IMG/VR virus record: IMGVR_UViG_3300017644_000005
Coordinates: 1-24,142 of that record
Direction: 5' to 3' (one strand)
DNA length: 24,142 bases
DNA from: a virus
Taxonomy: Duplodnaviria > Caudoviricetes
Of the stretch, positions 16,038 to 23,814 are shown one piece after another; the first letter of the stretch is position 1; every line of letters starts with the position of its first letter. The notes under the pieces are model-generated. The model was not told the DNA's origin and did no database searches. It was given only the letters and a program-made list of their open reading frames with translations. Both the position numbers and the translations under genes were made by a program.

Positions 16038-16475
16038 CTAGTCTCTCGAATTGTCGATGTTGATATTGATGTTTGCCCGGTATTTGTTCGCGACCGCTTC
16101 CATCGAACCGTCAATGAAGCTTCGCGTGAATGCATCCAGCGTTTTCGTCTCAGTGAGTTGCTTTTTCAGCAGCCGCTTGAACTCGGCGCGATTCTCTTCA
16201 ACGATCTCTTGCACGGCTTCTTTCGCCGTTTCACGAACAGCTGACAGGACAAATGCTTCCAGCACGGTATATTTGTTTTCCCTGTCATAACTGGAGACCT
16301 TACCGTTCTCGTCCACTCTCTTCATCAGGACGTAATTAACGACAGAACGAACAAGGTCGTCCTTGTTGCCAAGTGCTGCGACTACTGCGGCCTGAATGAC
16401 GTTCTTCGCGGATTCCGCGATCAGTTGCTCGTCCACTTCAAGATTGAGCCCGATCAATTTTCCGTTATTGTTCAT
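16038..16475 (-). CDS. Hypothetical phage protein
   Basis: GGAGG RBS before ATG 16475 (MNNNGK...). Confidence 0.8.
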   Translation of the reverse strand: MNNNGKLIGLNLEVDEQLIAESAKNVIQAAVVAALGNKDDLVRSVVNYVLMKRVDENGKVSSYDRENKYTVLEAFVLSAVRETAKEAVQEIVEENRAEFKRLLKKQLTETKTLDAFTRSFIDGSMEAVANKYRANININIDNSRD

Positions 16476-18027
16476 TGTGTGTGTCCTCCGTTTCGATTTT
16501 GAGTTTGTTCTTGTCATCCTCTACAGCCCGCGCGATGATCGTCTGCCCGAACGTTGCGAGTTTGCCCGTATACGATTCGCGGTTGTCGAAGAATAGCGGC
16601 GTGACCATTTCCGATTGATTGAAGAAGAATTCCGTAAGCTCCAGCTCTGCCGCCATGCGCTCGCCGGTGGACAGTTGCAGATAGTCCTTGCCGTTCATCT
16701 GGATCGAGAAATCCGGTTCGTATTCGTCCGAGGATTTCACGTATTTGAAGAGGCGAATCGACAGTGTCGTAAATAAGGCTTGCACCTTCTCGGCCATCAT
16801 CTCGGCCTCTTTGGCGCGGTAAGCCTTGATCGCGTCGAGGATGAAGATGGTTTCTTTCAACTCGGCGAGCGTGGCGGCTTCGTCTGTTTTGGCCTTCTCG
16901 ACATCTGCGGCAAGCTGCTGGCGGCGATCCCATTCTTCGAGCAAATCGACGAGGTATTGGCGATCCTCTTGCAGCTTGCGGACGGCGGCCATCGTCTCGG
17001 AAACGTCGATGTATTGGAGGGCGGCAAGCTGGGCCTCGGCCTCTTTCCGCTTCGCCACTATCGCGTCATATTCGGCCTTGAACTCGGCAATCCGTCGCGC
17101 CTTGTCCGCCTTGGCCGCCTCAACCGACTCGCCTTGCAATGGCTGACGGCAGACACGGCATGTGTCGGCGATGGGTTCTTTTTGAAGTGTGCCGAACCGC
17201 TCTTTCATGTGGTCGCGTTGCTTCAAAAGCTCCGTGACGGAATTTCGCAGTTCGATAATCTTCCGGTTGTTCTCGTCCGCGCTGGACATGCTAGCGACCT
17301 TCCAATCGATCATGCCGTCGAAAGTGGCGATGTCTTGCTCGGCGCGCTCTCGGTCAACGGGCGTTCCGCCGTTCAGTAGCGGCAGGCGGTCCACCTGCTC
17401 TTGCAGCGTCTTCGTCTTGCTCTGCGCGGCGATATACGCCTTCTCAAGCTTCGTCTTCTTGCCATCCTTGCCGCTGTGGATCTTCGTCAGATCGTCCAGG
17501 CTGTGCTTCTTGGTCAACTCGGCAAGCTTGTCCGCTTGCGGGCCGGGCAGATGCTTGAGCACTTCCGACTTCGCGGGCGCCGTCGTATTCCGCAGCACAA
17601 GCTCGCGCTGTTTCGACCAATGGAGGCCGAAGAAGTAGGCCGGATAATAACTCGCCATGAATTCGTCTTTGTCGAACAGGCTGGAGACCGCTGCCTCGTA
17701 TTCCTTGGCCTTCGTCGGCACGTCGTTGAGGCGATAAACGATGTCGCCGCCTTCCAGCCCGCGTTCGAATTTGTACTGGCTGCCGTCGACCTCCAGCAGC
17801 AGGGCGGACCGCGTCACGTCTGCCTCGTAGGTGGTCGGCTTGGGGCTCCACTTCTTGCCCGATAGATCGGTGCCGTAGAGCGTCCATACAGGCGCGCCGC
17901 CGATGCTGGACTTGCCTGCGCCATTCGGTCCCGATAGGCGCGTGATGTCGCCATAGGTGACGGTGAGCGAGCGGTGCGAAGTGTAGTTTTCGAGGATAAG
18001 TTCGATCAAGCGAATGACCTTCGCCAT
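16465..18027 (-). CDS. SbcC/Rad50-like SMC-family ATPase
   Basis: Walker A GPNGAGKS, long coiled coil with central CRVC Zn hook, signature LSTGE, Walker B-like 'LFFDNRES'. Confidence 0.9.
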   Translation of the reverse strand: MAKVIRLIELILENYTSHRSLTVTYGDITRLSGPNGAGKSSIGGAPVWTLYGTDLSGKKWSPKPTTYEADVTRSALLLEVDGSQYKFERGLEGGDIVYRLNDVPTKAKEYEAAVSSLFDKDEFMASYYPAYFFGLHWSKQRELVLRNTTAPAKSEVLKHLPGPQADKLAELTKKHSLDDLTKIHSGKDGKKTKLEKAYIAAQSKTKTLQEQVDRLPLLNGGTPVDRERAEQDIATFDGMIDWKVASMSSADENNRKIIELRNSVTELLKQRDHMKERFGTLQKEPIADTCRVCRQPLQGESVEAAKADKARRIAEFKAEYDAIVAKRKEAEAQLAALQYIDVSETMAAVRKLQEDRQYLVDLLEEWDRRQQLAADVEKAKTDEAATLAELKETIFILDAIKAYRAKEAEMMAEKVQALFTTLSIRLFKYVKSSDEYEPDFSIQMNGKDYLQLSTGERMAAELELTEFFFNQSEMVTPLFFDNRESYTGKLATFGQTIIARAVEDDKNKLKIETEDTHNEQ

Positions 18028-18049
18028 GTTTCCTCCTTCTCCCCACCTG

Positions 18050-18107
18050 TGCTATGATGGGGTTGTCCATTTTGTTTGGCCGCCTTCTCGGGCGGCTTTC
18101 TTTTTTT
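18050..18107 (+). promoter_or_regulatory. Antisense extended -10 element followed immediately by an intrinsic terminator
   Basis: TG-C-TATGAT (18050-18058); GCCGCC/GGCGGC stem (18079-18096) followed by TTTCTTTTTTT. Confidence 0.55.
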
Positions 18108-18369
18108 ATAGGGCTGCAAGTTCTTCCTCAAGTCGGGCGATCTCTGCGTCGATCTCTTCTTTTGCCAGCGACATCATTTTTGCGAGAATACTACTTCTAA
18201 CGGAGCCGCTATCAGCCGAGAAACGAATGGTGGTTCTGCCGCAATAAATATCAGCGGTTTTCGCCTGTTCCAGGTCCGCTTTCATTTCTTTCAGTTTCTC
18301 GATCGCCTTCACAATGCCGCGACCCTTCCCGGCCCGTTCCTCCAGGTACTCCAGCGTTTTCATGTCCAT
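18106..18369 (-). CDS. Hypothetical coiled-coil protein
   Basis: AAGGAGGTG RBS; ends 'IARLEEELAAL'. Confidence 0.8.
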   Translation of the reverse strand: MDMKTLEYLEERAGKGRGIVKAIEKLKEMKADLEQAKTADIYCGRTTIRFSADSGSVRSSILAKMMSLAKEEIDAEIARLEEELAAL

Positions 18370-18458
18370 CGTCTTCGTTCACCTCCTTTCGTTCCTCTAA
18401 CTCCATGTCCCGCCGCTGCTTGTAAGCGTCCAGTGGATCGCCTTGCTCGATGCTGCGG

Positions 18459-18596
18459 TTAAGCATCTACCGCCTCTGTGATGACGCGGTAATACTTGCG
18501 GCTGTACGATTCGACGACATCGCCCCGGCGGATGATGAAGCGTTCGGCATCCATGCGGACGATCACGCCGGTGATTAGGATTTTTGCGCCGATCAT
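18459..18596 (-). CDS. 45-aa hypothetical protein
   Basis: MIGAKILITGVIVRMDAERFIIRRGDVVESYSRKYYRVITEAVDA*; ATGA overlap with the mazF-like stop. Confidence 0.55.
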   Translation of the reverse strand: MIGAKILITGVIVRMDAERFIIRRGDVVESYSRKYYRVITEAVDA

Positions 18597-18964
18597 CTTG
18601 CCGCTCCCCTTTCCGGCATCGGGACTTCCACGAGGCCGAGGCTTATTTTGATCTTCCTGTCGACGTGCACCATGAGATGCGGCGGAAGCGTGCCCAGCCG
18701 TTTTTCCAGTCTGCGCTTGTCCAGCGTGTGAATTTGCTCCAGCAGGACCGCCGACTCTTTGCTCAGACCGCCGTAGGTGCCGATCGTTTGATGCGTGGGC
18801 AAGCCGCGTTTCTTGGCGTCTGTGATTGCGGCGGCGATCACGTTCGGGCTGTAGTAGTTGCCGACATTGTTTTGCAGGATCAGCACCGGCCTGACACCCT
18901 GCTGCTCATGCCCGAAGCGTTCGCCCAGGTCGGCCATCCATACGTCACCACGTTTCGGGTTCAT
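18593..18964 (-). CDS. mazF: PemK/MazF-family endoribonuclease (EndoA-like)
   Basis: 'KRGDVW.ADL', 'G.EQ.GVRPVLILQNNVGN.YSP.VI.AAIT', 'LPTH', 'LLEQI.TLDK.RL'. Confidence 0.92.
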   Translation of the reverse strand: MNPKRGDVWMADLGERFGHEQQGVRPVLILQNNVGNYYSPNVIAAAITDAKKRGLPTHQTIGTYGGLSKESAVLLEQIHTLDKRRLEKRLGTLPPHLMVHVDRKIKISLGLVEVPMPERGAAR

Positions 18965-19098
18965 GTCATTGCCTCCAATCTAGCGCGGTAACGTTCGCGT
19001 TGCTTCTTGGCATGCTCGGCGACTTTGTGATGGCCGGAGCGTTCGGCGTTCTCTTCGATGCGGAGATACATAAGGCAGATTCCCAATAGCGTGTTCAC
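18961..19098 (-). CDS. 45-aa hypothetical protein
   Basis: GTG start after GGAGGTG; MNTLLGICLMYLRIEENAERSGHHKVAEHAKKQRERYRARLEAMT*; overlaps the mazF start (ATGA). Confidence 0.55.
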   Translation of the reverse strand: MNTLLGICLMYLRIEENAERSGHHKVAEHAKKQRERYRARLEAMT

Positions 19099-19105
19099 AG
19101 GTTGT

Positions 19106-19480
19106 TCACCTCCCTTCTTGAGTCATCAATGCGGCGGTTAGATTGGCGATGGCCGCTTTGAGGTTGGCGTTTTCTTCGTGCAGGCGGGCATTCTCGGCGA
19201 GCAGGCGGCGGCATTCGTTTTCGAGATATTCGTTATTCGTCGGCCGCTTGATGTCGATATATCCGGCCGCCCGCATCAATTCTTCGTGAGGTACGCGAAG
19301 CGCTTCGGATAATTGCAGGAGCGTTTCTGGTGTCGGCATGTGCAATCCGGCTTCAAGTCTGGAAATCGTCGCCGTGCTGATACCGGACGCTGCCGCTAAG
19401 CCCGCTTGACTCGCATATCCCGCCTTGACACGAATGCGGCGCATCCACTGTCCCAGCGTTCTTAGTTGTCGCTCGTCCAA
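19106..19480 (-). CDS. XRE-family HTH protein with C-terminal coiled coil
   Basis: 'SQAGLAAASGISTATISRLEAG...P.PETL..LSEAL'; heptad tail 'LENECRRLLAENARLHEENANL'. Confidence 0.88.
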   Translation of the reverse strand: MDERQLRTLGQWMRRIRVKAGYASQAGLAAASGISTATISRLEAGLHMPTPETLLQLSEALRVPHEELMRAAGYIDIKRPTNNEYLENECRRLLAENARLHEENANLKAAIANLTAALMTQEGR

Positions 19481-19495
19481 TTCGTTCTCTCCTTC

Positions 19496-19762
19496 CTAAG
19501 CGATGCGACCACGCATCACTTCTTCCAAAAAAAAGAACTTGTCAAACGGACCGAAAGCAGCGATCACGCCAGCGATAAATGTCGACCCAGGCGCATTGTA
19601 TCGTGGATCGTCGACAGGCAGTTTCGCCCGCCATATCTGCGTTGTTGATACCCCGATTGTAGCGGCAAGTTCCGTGTCGTTCTCGATTCCGTGGTCAATT
19701 GCAGCCTTCATGAACTCCTTGACGTTGAGCCGGATCGCGTATCTTTTCATTGTCGAATTCAT
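19496..19762 (-). CDS. Cro-like HTH protein
   Basis: AAAGGAGG RBS; 'DTELAATIGVSTTQIWR'; first gene divergent from the repressor. Confidence 0.8.
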   Translation of the reverse strand: MNSTMKRYAIRLNVKEFMKAAIDHGIENDTELAATIGVSTTQIWRAKLPVDDPRYNAPGSTFIAGVIAAFGPFDKFFFLEEVMRGRIA

Positions 19763-19855
19763 TGTCGTTATTCCTCCTTTCTTGTAAGTGATTCGTTGGC
19801 GTATCACCACGATACAACAAATCGCTCCGACTTCGCAACAGTTTTAATAAATAAA

Positions 19856-19885
19856 ATTGCGTGGACGCAATGAAACTGTTATAAT
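19856..19885 (+). promoter_or_regulatory. Repressor promoter with an overlapping palindromic operator
   Basis: TTGCGT (19857-19862), 17-bp spacer, TG-T-TATAAT (19877-19885); perfect palindrome ATTGCGT-gg-ACGCAAT (19856-19871) over the -35. Confidence 0.75.
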
Positions 19886-19906
19886 GCACAAGGAATTGAA
19901 ACTAAG

Positions 19907-20335
19907 TTGGAAGGGTTGAAAAGTGTGGAATCGAACGAAATTGCTCGCTTTATCACACAACACAGAATAAACAGTGGATATAAAAGCCAGAGAAGACTGG
20001 CGGAGAAGGCTGGCGTATCGTCGGCGACTATTTCGAGGATTGAGGCGGGATTGCAGAAGCCGGAGCCGGAGACGCTGCAAATACTAGCGAAGCACTTGCA
20101 TACTACATCCCTCGTCGAGCTCATGGTCGTATGCGGCTATTGGGGCGAAGAAGAGCTGCTGGAGCCGATACAAATTAAAGAGGACTCCGCGTCATATAGC
20201 GCGAAGCCCCCTATACCTATCGAGAATTTGGCCGCTCACACGCTCACGTATAAGGGCCACGTTTTGACGGAGGAAGAGAAACAGCGTCTGATAAAGCTGT
20301 TACAGGCCGGCGCGGAGATGCTGGATCGGAAATAA
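19907..20335 (+). CDS. CI-like XRE repressor (no S24 autocleavage domain)
   Basis: 'SQRRLAEKAGVSSATISRIEAG..KP.PETL..LA'; divergent from the Cro-like gene. The start may be GTG 19925. Confidence 0.85.
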   Translation: MEGLKSVESNEIARFITQHRINSGYKSQRRLAEKAGVSSATISRIEAGLQKPEPETLQILAKHLHTTSLVELMVVCGYWGEEELLEPIQIKEDSASYSAKPPIPIENLAAHTLTYKGHVLTEEEKQRLIKLLQAGAEMLDRK

Positions 20336-20463
20336 GCGACTCCAGGTATTCGACCGCCCGAGAGGTGTCAACGCCTGTTTTTTGTAGCGAAGATAAATAA
20401 TCCTCAACATCGATCATGCTGCTGACCACCGCCTTATAAAATTTTGAAAGGACCTAACTAAAT

Positions 20464-20679
20464 ATGGTGCGTCCCCAAAGGGGGAGGTGCCGCTTGCCCG
20501 AGCACTTGAGGAATGCCAATATGACGCCTGCGGAGTTTGCTCGCCGTATGAAAGTGCAACGCTCAACCGTCTCGCGCTGGATGACTGGAGAGCGGCGTAT
20601 GGATTACGAGAACACTGTGCTGGCTGCCATGATCCTCGGTTTACATGCCGAAGATATGTATGAATGGCTGTGGTCCTAA
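20464..20679 (+). CDS. Small XRE HTH protein
   Basis: AAGGA RBS; 'MTPAEFARRMKVQRSTVSRW..GERRM'. Confidence 0.85.
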   Translation: MVRPQRGRCRLPEHLRNANMTPAEFARRMKVQRSTVSRWMTGERRMDYENTVLAAMILGLHAEDMYEWLWS

Positions 20680-20741
20680 CGCTCGGTAAAGCGGTGTCGG
20701 AGCGGTTCTAACCGCCTCCCCCTTGGGTGATTGTTGCCTAA

Positions 20742-21155
20742 TTAACAACAGTTCGACGAAATTTTGAACCTGTCGCGGTGACCAGGCTGCAAGGTCTTTC
20801 TGCGTAGAGAGTGAGGTATAACCAAATATATCATGCTTTCTCCCCGAAAGGAAGATATTTTTACGAACACTCGTTCTTGTTTTTTAATATCGTTCCAAAG
20901 AACTGTAATAACAGATTCTATCGCCCATATGGTGCGGAAGTGGTCCTCCCACGCTTTGATGACTTGGAGGTCGCTATGCCGATCCGGCAGCCATTCGATG
21001 AACCCTTTGTTGACGAGTGATTGCAACGCTTTATGTAGGTCCTCTGGCGATTTCCCCGTCCTGATTGACAGCTTATTGATAGACGGCACGCGACCGCCCG
21101 CTCGAGTATCGTTATAGAGTATTCGTAACAGCTTACGCTCGATGTCGCTCAACAT
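20742..21155 (-). CDS. Winged-helix (LexA-N-like) protein; C-terminal extension doubtful
   Basis: GGAGGTG RBS; 'MLSDIERKLLRILYN...PSI..L...TGKS......AL..LV.KGFIEW'; the sequence after 'KAWE' looks like AT-rich read-through. Confidence 0.7.
   Translation of the reverse strand: MLSDIERKLLRILYNDTRAGGRVPSINKLSIRTGKSPEDLHKALQSLVNKGFIEWLPDRHSDLQVIKAWEDHFRTIWAIESVITVLWNDIKKQERVFVKISSFRGESMIYLVIPHSLRRKTLQPGHRDRFKISSNCC
20864..20877. promoter_or_regulatory. Gram-positive LexA/DinR (Cheo) box
   Basis: CGAAC-ACTC-GTTCT matches GAAC-N4-GTTC in an AT-rich context. Confidence 0.5.
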
Positions 21156-21214
21156 CAACCATGCCACCTCCCGCTCTTTTGATTTAATATATCACAATTT
21201 ATTCGCCCAATGTG

Positions 21215-21255
21215 TTGACAACGTCATACATATGGTGTATGATTAGGTCATACAA
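21215..21255 (+). promoter_or_regulatory. Consensus sigma-A promoter with operator repeats
   Basis: TTGACA (21215-21220), 17-bp spacer, TATGAT (21238-21243); inverted repeat TCATACA-tatgg-TGTATGA and a second GTCATACA at 21248-21255. Confidence 0.85.
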
Positions 21256-21291
21256 AAGGACGCGGACACAATAAGGTGTCGGTCGAAAAGG

Positions 21292-21642
21292 ATGATACTT
21301 GTGAAGGTTATCGTAAATAGCAAGGTTGAAACGCTTGAGCTGATTGACCGCAACGGCATTAATTGGGCACAAGACCTGATCGGCAACTATGGCGGGTTTA
21401 CCGACGGGCAGTTCACCCAAAACGATGACGGCGACTACATGTGCGATCAAGACACTTACGACTGGTGGTCTCGCGTACTCGCTGACCAACAAGCCCTACA
21501 AGATCGCATTTACGATTTGTCGGAGGAATACGGTGCCGATGTTGTACAAAACGCAATCGGCAATGCCGGAGACTGTGACCTTGAAGACCAAGCGGCAGCC
21601 ATCAATGCAGCACTGGATGAGGAGTTTGAAATGGGAAACTGA
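21292..21642 (+). CDS. Very acidic hypothetical protein
   Basis: ORF directly downstream of the strong promoter; Asp/Glu-rich; start 21292 or GTG 21301. Confidence 0.85.
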   Translation: MILVKVIVNSKVETLELIDRNGINWAQDLIGNYGGFTDGQFTQNDDGDYMCDQDTYDWWSRVLADQQALQDRIYDLSEEYGADVVQNAIGNAGDCDLEDQAAAINAALDEEFEMGN

Positions 21643-21812
21643 TCCCGCCTCTCGCTGGACTCTCAGACGCGGCGGAAATCCTTGGGTGGGACCGCCGACG
21701 CGTCCAGACTTACATCAGCAGAGGGGCGTTCCCCGAACCGATCCAGCGCATATCCAGCGGTCCGATCTGGACGCGCAAACAAATCGAAGCATACAGGGAC
21801 GCTCGCAAATGA
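21639..21812 (+). CDS. AlpA/excisionase-like HTH protein with no ATG (CTG start or -1 frameshift)
   Basis: LIPPLAGLSDAAEILGWDRRRVQTYISRGAFPEPIQRISSGPIWTRKQIEAYRDARK*; in-frame TGA at 21627-21629 just upstream; missed by the ORF track. Confidence 0.75.
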   Translation: MIPPLAGLSDAAEILGWDRRRVQTYISRGAFPEPIQRISSGPIWTRKQIEAYRDARK

Positions 21813-21825
21813 GCGTCTTTTTGTT
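21798..21825 (+). terminator. Intrinsic terminator
   Basis: GACGCTC-gcaaat-GAGCGTC followed by TTTTTGTT. Confidence 0.8.
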
Positions 21826-21829
21826 CACG

Positions 21830-21866
21830 AAAATAAAAATAGCCCGAGAGCCGAAGCCCCCGGGCG
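21830..21866 (-). terminator. Intrinsic terminator after the endolysin
   Basis: Minus strand GCCCGGGGGC-TTCG-GCTCTCGGGC followed by TATTTTTATTTT. Confidence 0.85.
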
Positions 21867-21872
21867 TATGTG

Positions 21873-22598
21873 TTACTTGATCACTCCTGCGCGGTGCAGT
21901 ACCGATAAAAACCGGTAAAAGTCATAGCTGCCACCGTCCGCATCGATTACCAGCGGGTTGCCGTCCGGTCCCCTCGTGCGCTTAGCGGCTTCGATGGCCG
22001 GCCGCGCCCAATCCGGACAAGGCATGCTGCGCATCTTCTCGCTGGCTTCGTAGAGCTTCATCAGCGCGGCATTGTCTTCTTCCAGTTTCGTCACTCGCCG
22101 GAGCAGCGCGTCCATGGCATCCCTCTCTGCTTGCGTCATCGGTTGATCCTCCTTCTTGTAGTAGTCAATCAGATACTGCGTCGGCTCATGGCAGCGGTCC
22201 TTCTCGCTCTCTATCCAGCCAAACGACGGCGCCGCCTTTTTGCGGATCTCGTAATGCAGGTGCGTGCCCGTCGTATACTTCCCCGTGTTGCCCTGCTTGC
22301 CGATCTCCTGCCCCTGCTTGACGTTGTCGCCCACGGCCACGCTGACGCTGTCCAGATGGACGTAGCAATGCAGGCAGCCGTATTTGTCCTTGATCGCCAC
22401 GACAATGCCCATATTGCCGAATCCGGTCCCGACCCGGCCCTCGCCGGCGTGCATGACTTGTCCGGTTGTGAATGCGGGGATCGAAGCGCGGAACGACTTG
22501 ACCAAGTCGATGCCGGTATGGAAGTGCGGCAAGCCCGTAACCGGATGGGTGCGCGGACCGAACGGCGACGTGATGCGGTATCCTTCGAACGGGTTCAT
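21873..22598 (-). CDS. M23-family peptidase endolysin
   Basis: 'ITSPFG.R.HP', HTGID (HxxxD), 'Y.HL', 'GNTG..TG.HLHYE' (HxH); C-terminal 'P.WA..AI.AA' cell-wall-binding-like tail. Confidence 0.92.
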   Translation of the reverse strand: MNPFEGYRITSPFGPRTHPVTGLPHFHTGIDLVKSFRASIPAFTTGQVMHAGEGRVGTGFGNMGIVVAIKDKYGCLHCYVHLDSVSVAVGDNVKQGQEIGKQGNTGKYTTGTHLHYEIRKKAAPSFGWIESEKDRCHEPTQYLIDYYKKEDQPMTQAERDAMDALLRRVTKLEEDNAALMKLYEASEKMRSMPCPDWARPAIEAAKRTRGPDGNPLVIDADGGSYDFYRFLSVLHRAGVIK

Positions 22599-22798
22599 TC
22601 CCCTTCACCCTTCGGCGCTTCCGGCAGGCCCGCAAGGCTCGTCAGATAGCTCGAGACCGTCGCCAGCAGCACGGTCCCGCCAACTACCTGCCAATCCACT
22701 TCATAGATCACTGCCGTCGTGCCAATCGTTGCAATGGCTGTTTGCGCTGCCGTCTTGACTGCGCGGATCGTAGCAGCTTTGAACCATTTGATTGTCAA
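22595..22798 (-). CDS. r1t-type phage holin
   Basis: 'WFKAA.IRAVKTAAQTAIA.IG', 'VDW', 'S.LTSLAGLPE'; TTG start; ATGA overlap with the lysin. Confidence 0.9.
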   Translation of the reverse strand: MTIKWFKAATIRAVKTAAQTAIATIGTTAVIYEVDWQVVGGTVLLATVSSYLTSLAGLPEAPKGEGE

Positions 22799-22803
22799 TT
22801 TGA

Positions 22804-23124
22804 TCACCCTTTCAATAGATTCCAGAGAAGTCCCGCTGCTGAAATAAATATCGCGATGGCCGTAGCCGTCAACCCAATCGCCCATTTTTGGCCGGACCGC
22901 ATGTCGTCCAACCGTTTAATTGTGTCGTCAATCCGATGATGGGCCGATCTTGCCCGCTGATCTGCTTCCCGGGCCAGGTCATCGGACCTGTCCAGTTTGT
23001 CGACCAGTCGATTGACGCTGGTAGTCAACTCCGCATTCGAGCGCATGTTAGCTTCCTGCAATGCTTCCAGACGACCGAGACGACCTTCGATCTTGCTTAA
23101 TGCCTGTAATTCAGACTGATTCAT
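22804..23124 (-). CDS. XhlA-like lysis-cassette membrane protein
   Basis: Coiled coil, 'ARSAHHRID', 'QKW' then a single C-terminal TM helix; start uncertain (23124-23139). Confidence 0.8.
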   Translation of the reverse strand: MNQSELQALSKIEGRLGRLEALQEANMRSNAELTTSVNRLVDKLDRSDDLAREADQRARSAHHRIDDTIKRLDDMRSGQKWAIGLTATAIAIFISAAGLLWNLLKG

Positions 23125-23202
23125 CCCCAAGCGCATCACCTCCAGATAAATTAAAGAGTTCTGCCGTCTGGAAGAACTCAGTGAAACTAATCTCTTGAAA
23201 CG

Positions 23203-23211
23203 TGGTATAAT
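23203..23211 (+). promoter_or_regulatory. Extended -10 promoter of the moron gene
   Basis: TG-G-TATAAT; GGAGG RBS downstream. Confidence 0.65.
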
Positions 23212-23241
23212 ATACTAAAAATTTCTCGGGAGGTTAGTCCA

Positions 23242-23814
23242 ATGAAACAGTTTCGAATGCTCATAATTGGCCTGATCGCTGGCGTTATGCTAACGATTTC
23301 AGCTACAGCTTTCGCGGCCGGCGGTATTTCCAAAATCGAAGCGTATTTGCGCGAAGGCTTTACTTTCAAAGTCAACGGCCAAGCGGCTACACTCCAGAAT
23401 ACGCCGATCGTCTATAATGACACGTCGTATATGCCTGTCCGAGAGTTGGCCGGGATGCTTGGTTATGACGTCGGATTTGAAGACAACACCATCACACTCG
23501 ACGCTAAGATGAGCGACGAAACAATTCAAACTCAAGGAGTTGAAGACATGAGCGAAACGGTCGTCACAGAAGAGTGGTTGTCCCTTCGTCAGATTGCCGA
23601 AAGAGGCATAGAGGTCAAAGTCGGCCCTGAGCACAACGTCTTAACGATTCAAAACGGCGATCATTCAATTCGTTTTTTGACCACCGACATCGCCACGGAT
23701 CATACGACGGATGTCATCCTTCATGATTCAAGCGGCACGGTAACAGTAAGATCGGAGGGCGGTCAAACGTATCTTCGTGTTGACCAACTTCAAGCTAACG
23801 GAATCATTGATTAG
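23242..23814 (+). CDS. Secreted protein with a copper-amine-oxidase N-terminal-like (stalk) domain; moron
   Basis: Signal peptide ending AFA; 'F.VNG......PIVYND.SYMPVRELA..LGYDV'; opposite strand between the tail and lysis genes. Confidence 0.85.
   Translation: MKQFRMLIIGLIAGVMLTISATAFAAGGISKIEAYLREGFTFKVNGQAATLQNTPIVYNDTSYMPVRELAGMLGYDVGFEDNTITLDAKMSDETIQTQGVEDMSETVVTEEWLSLRQIAERGIEVKVGPEHNVLTIQNGDHSIRFLTTDIATDHTTDVILHDSSGTVTVRSEGGQTYLRVDQLQANGIID

Noticed and set aside
18251-18466. 71-aa ORF as a gene
   Set aside because: More than half overlaps the better supported 18106..18369 gene in another frame; it cannot be supported, although its 5' part has a possible RBS.
21389-21918. ORFs 21389..21880 and 21682..21918
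   Set aside because: They run through two terminators and lack motifs; the third frame encodes the convincing HTH.
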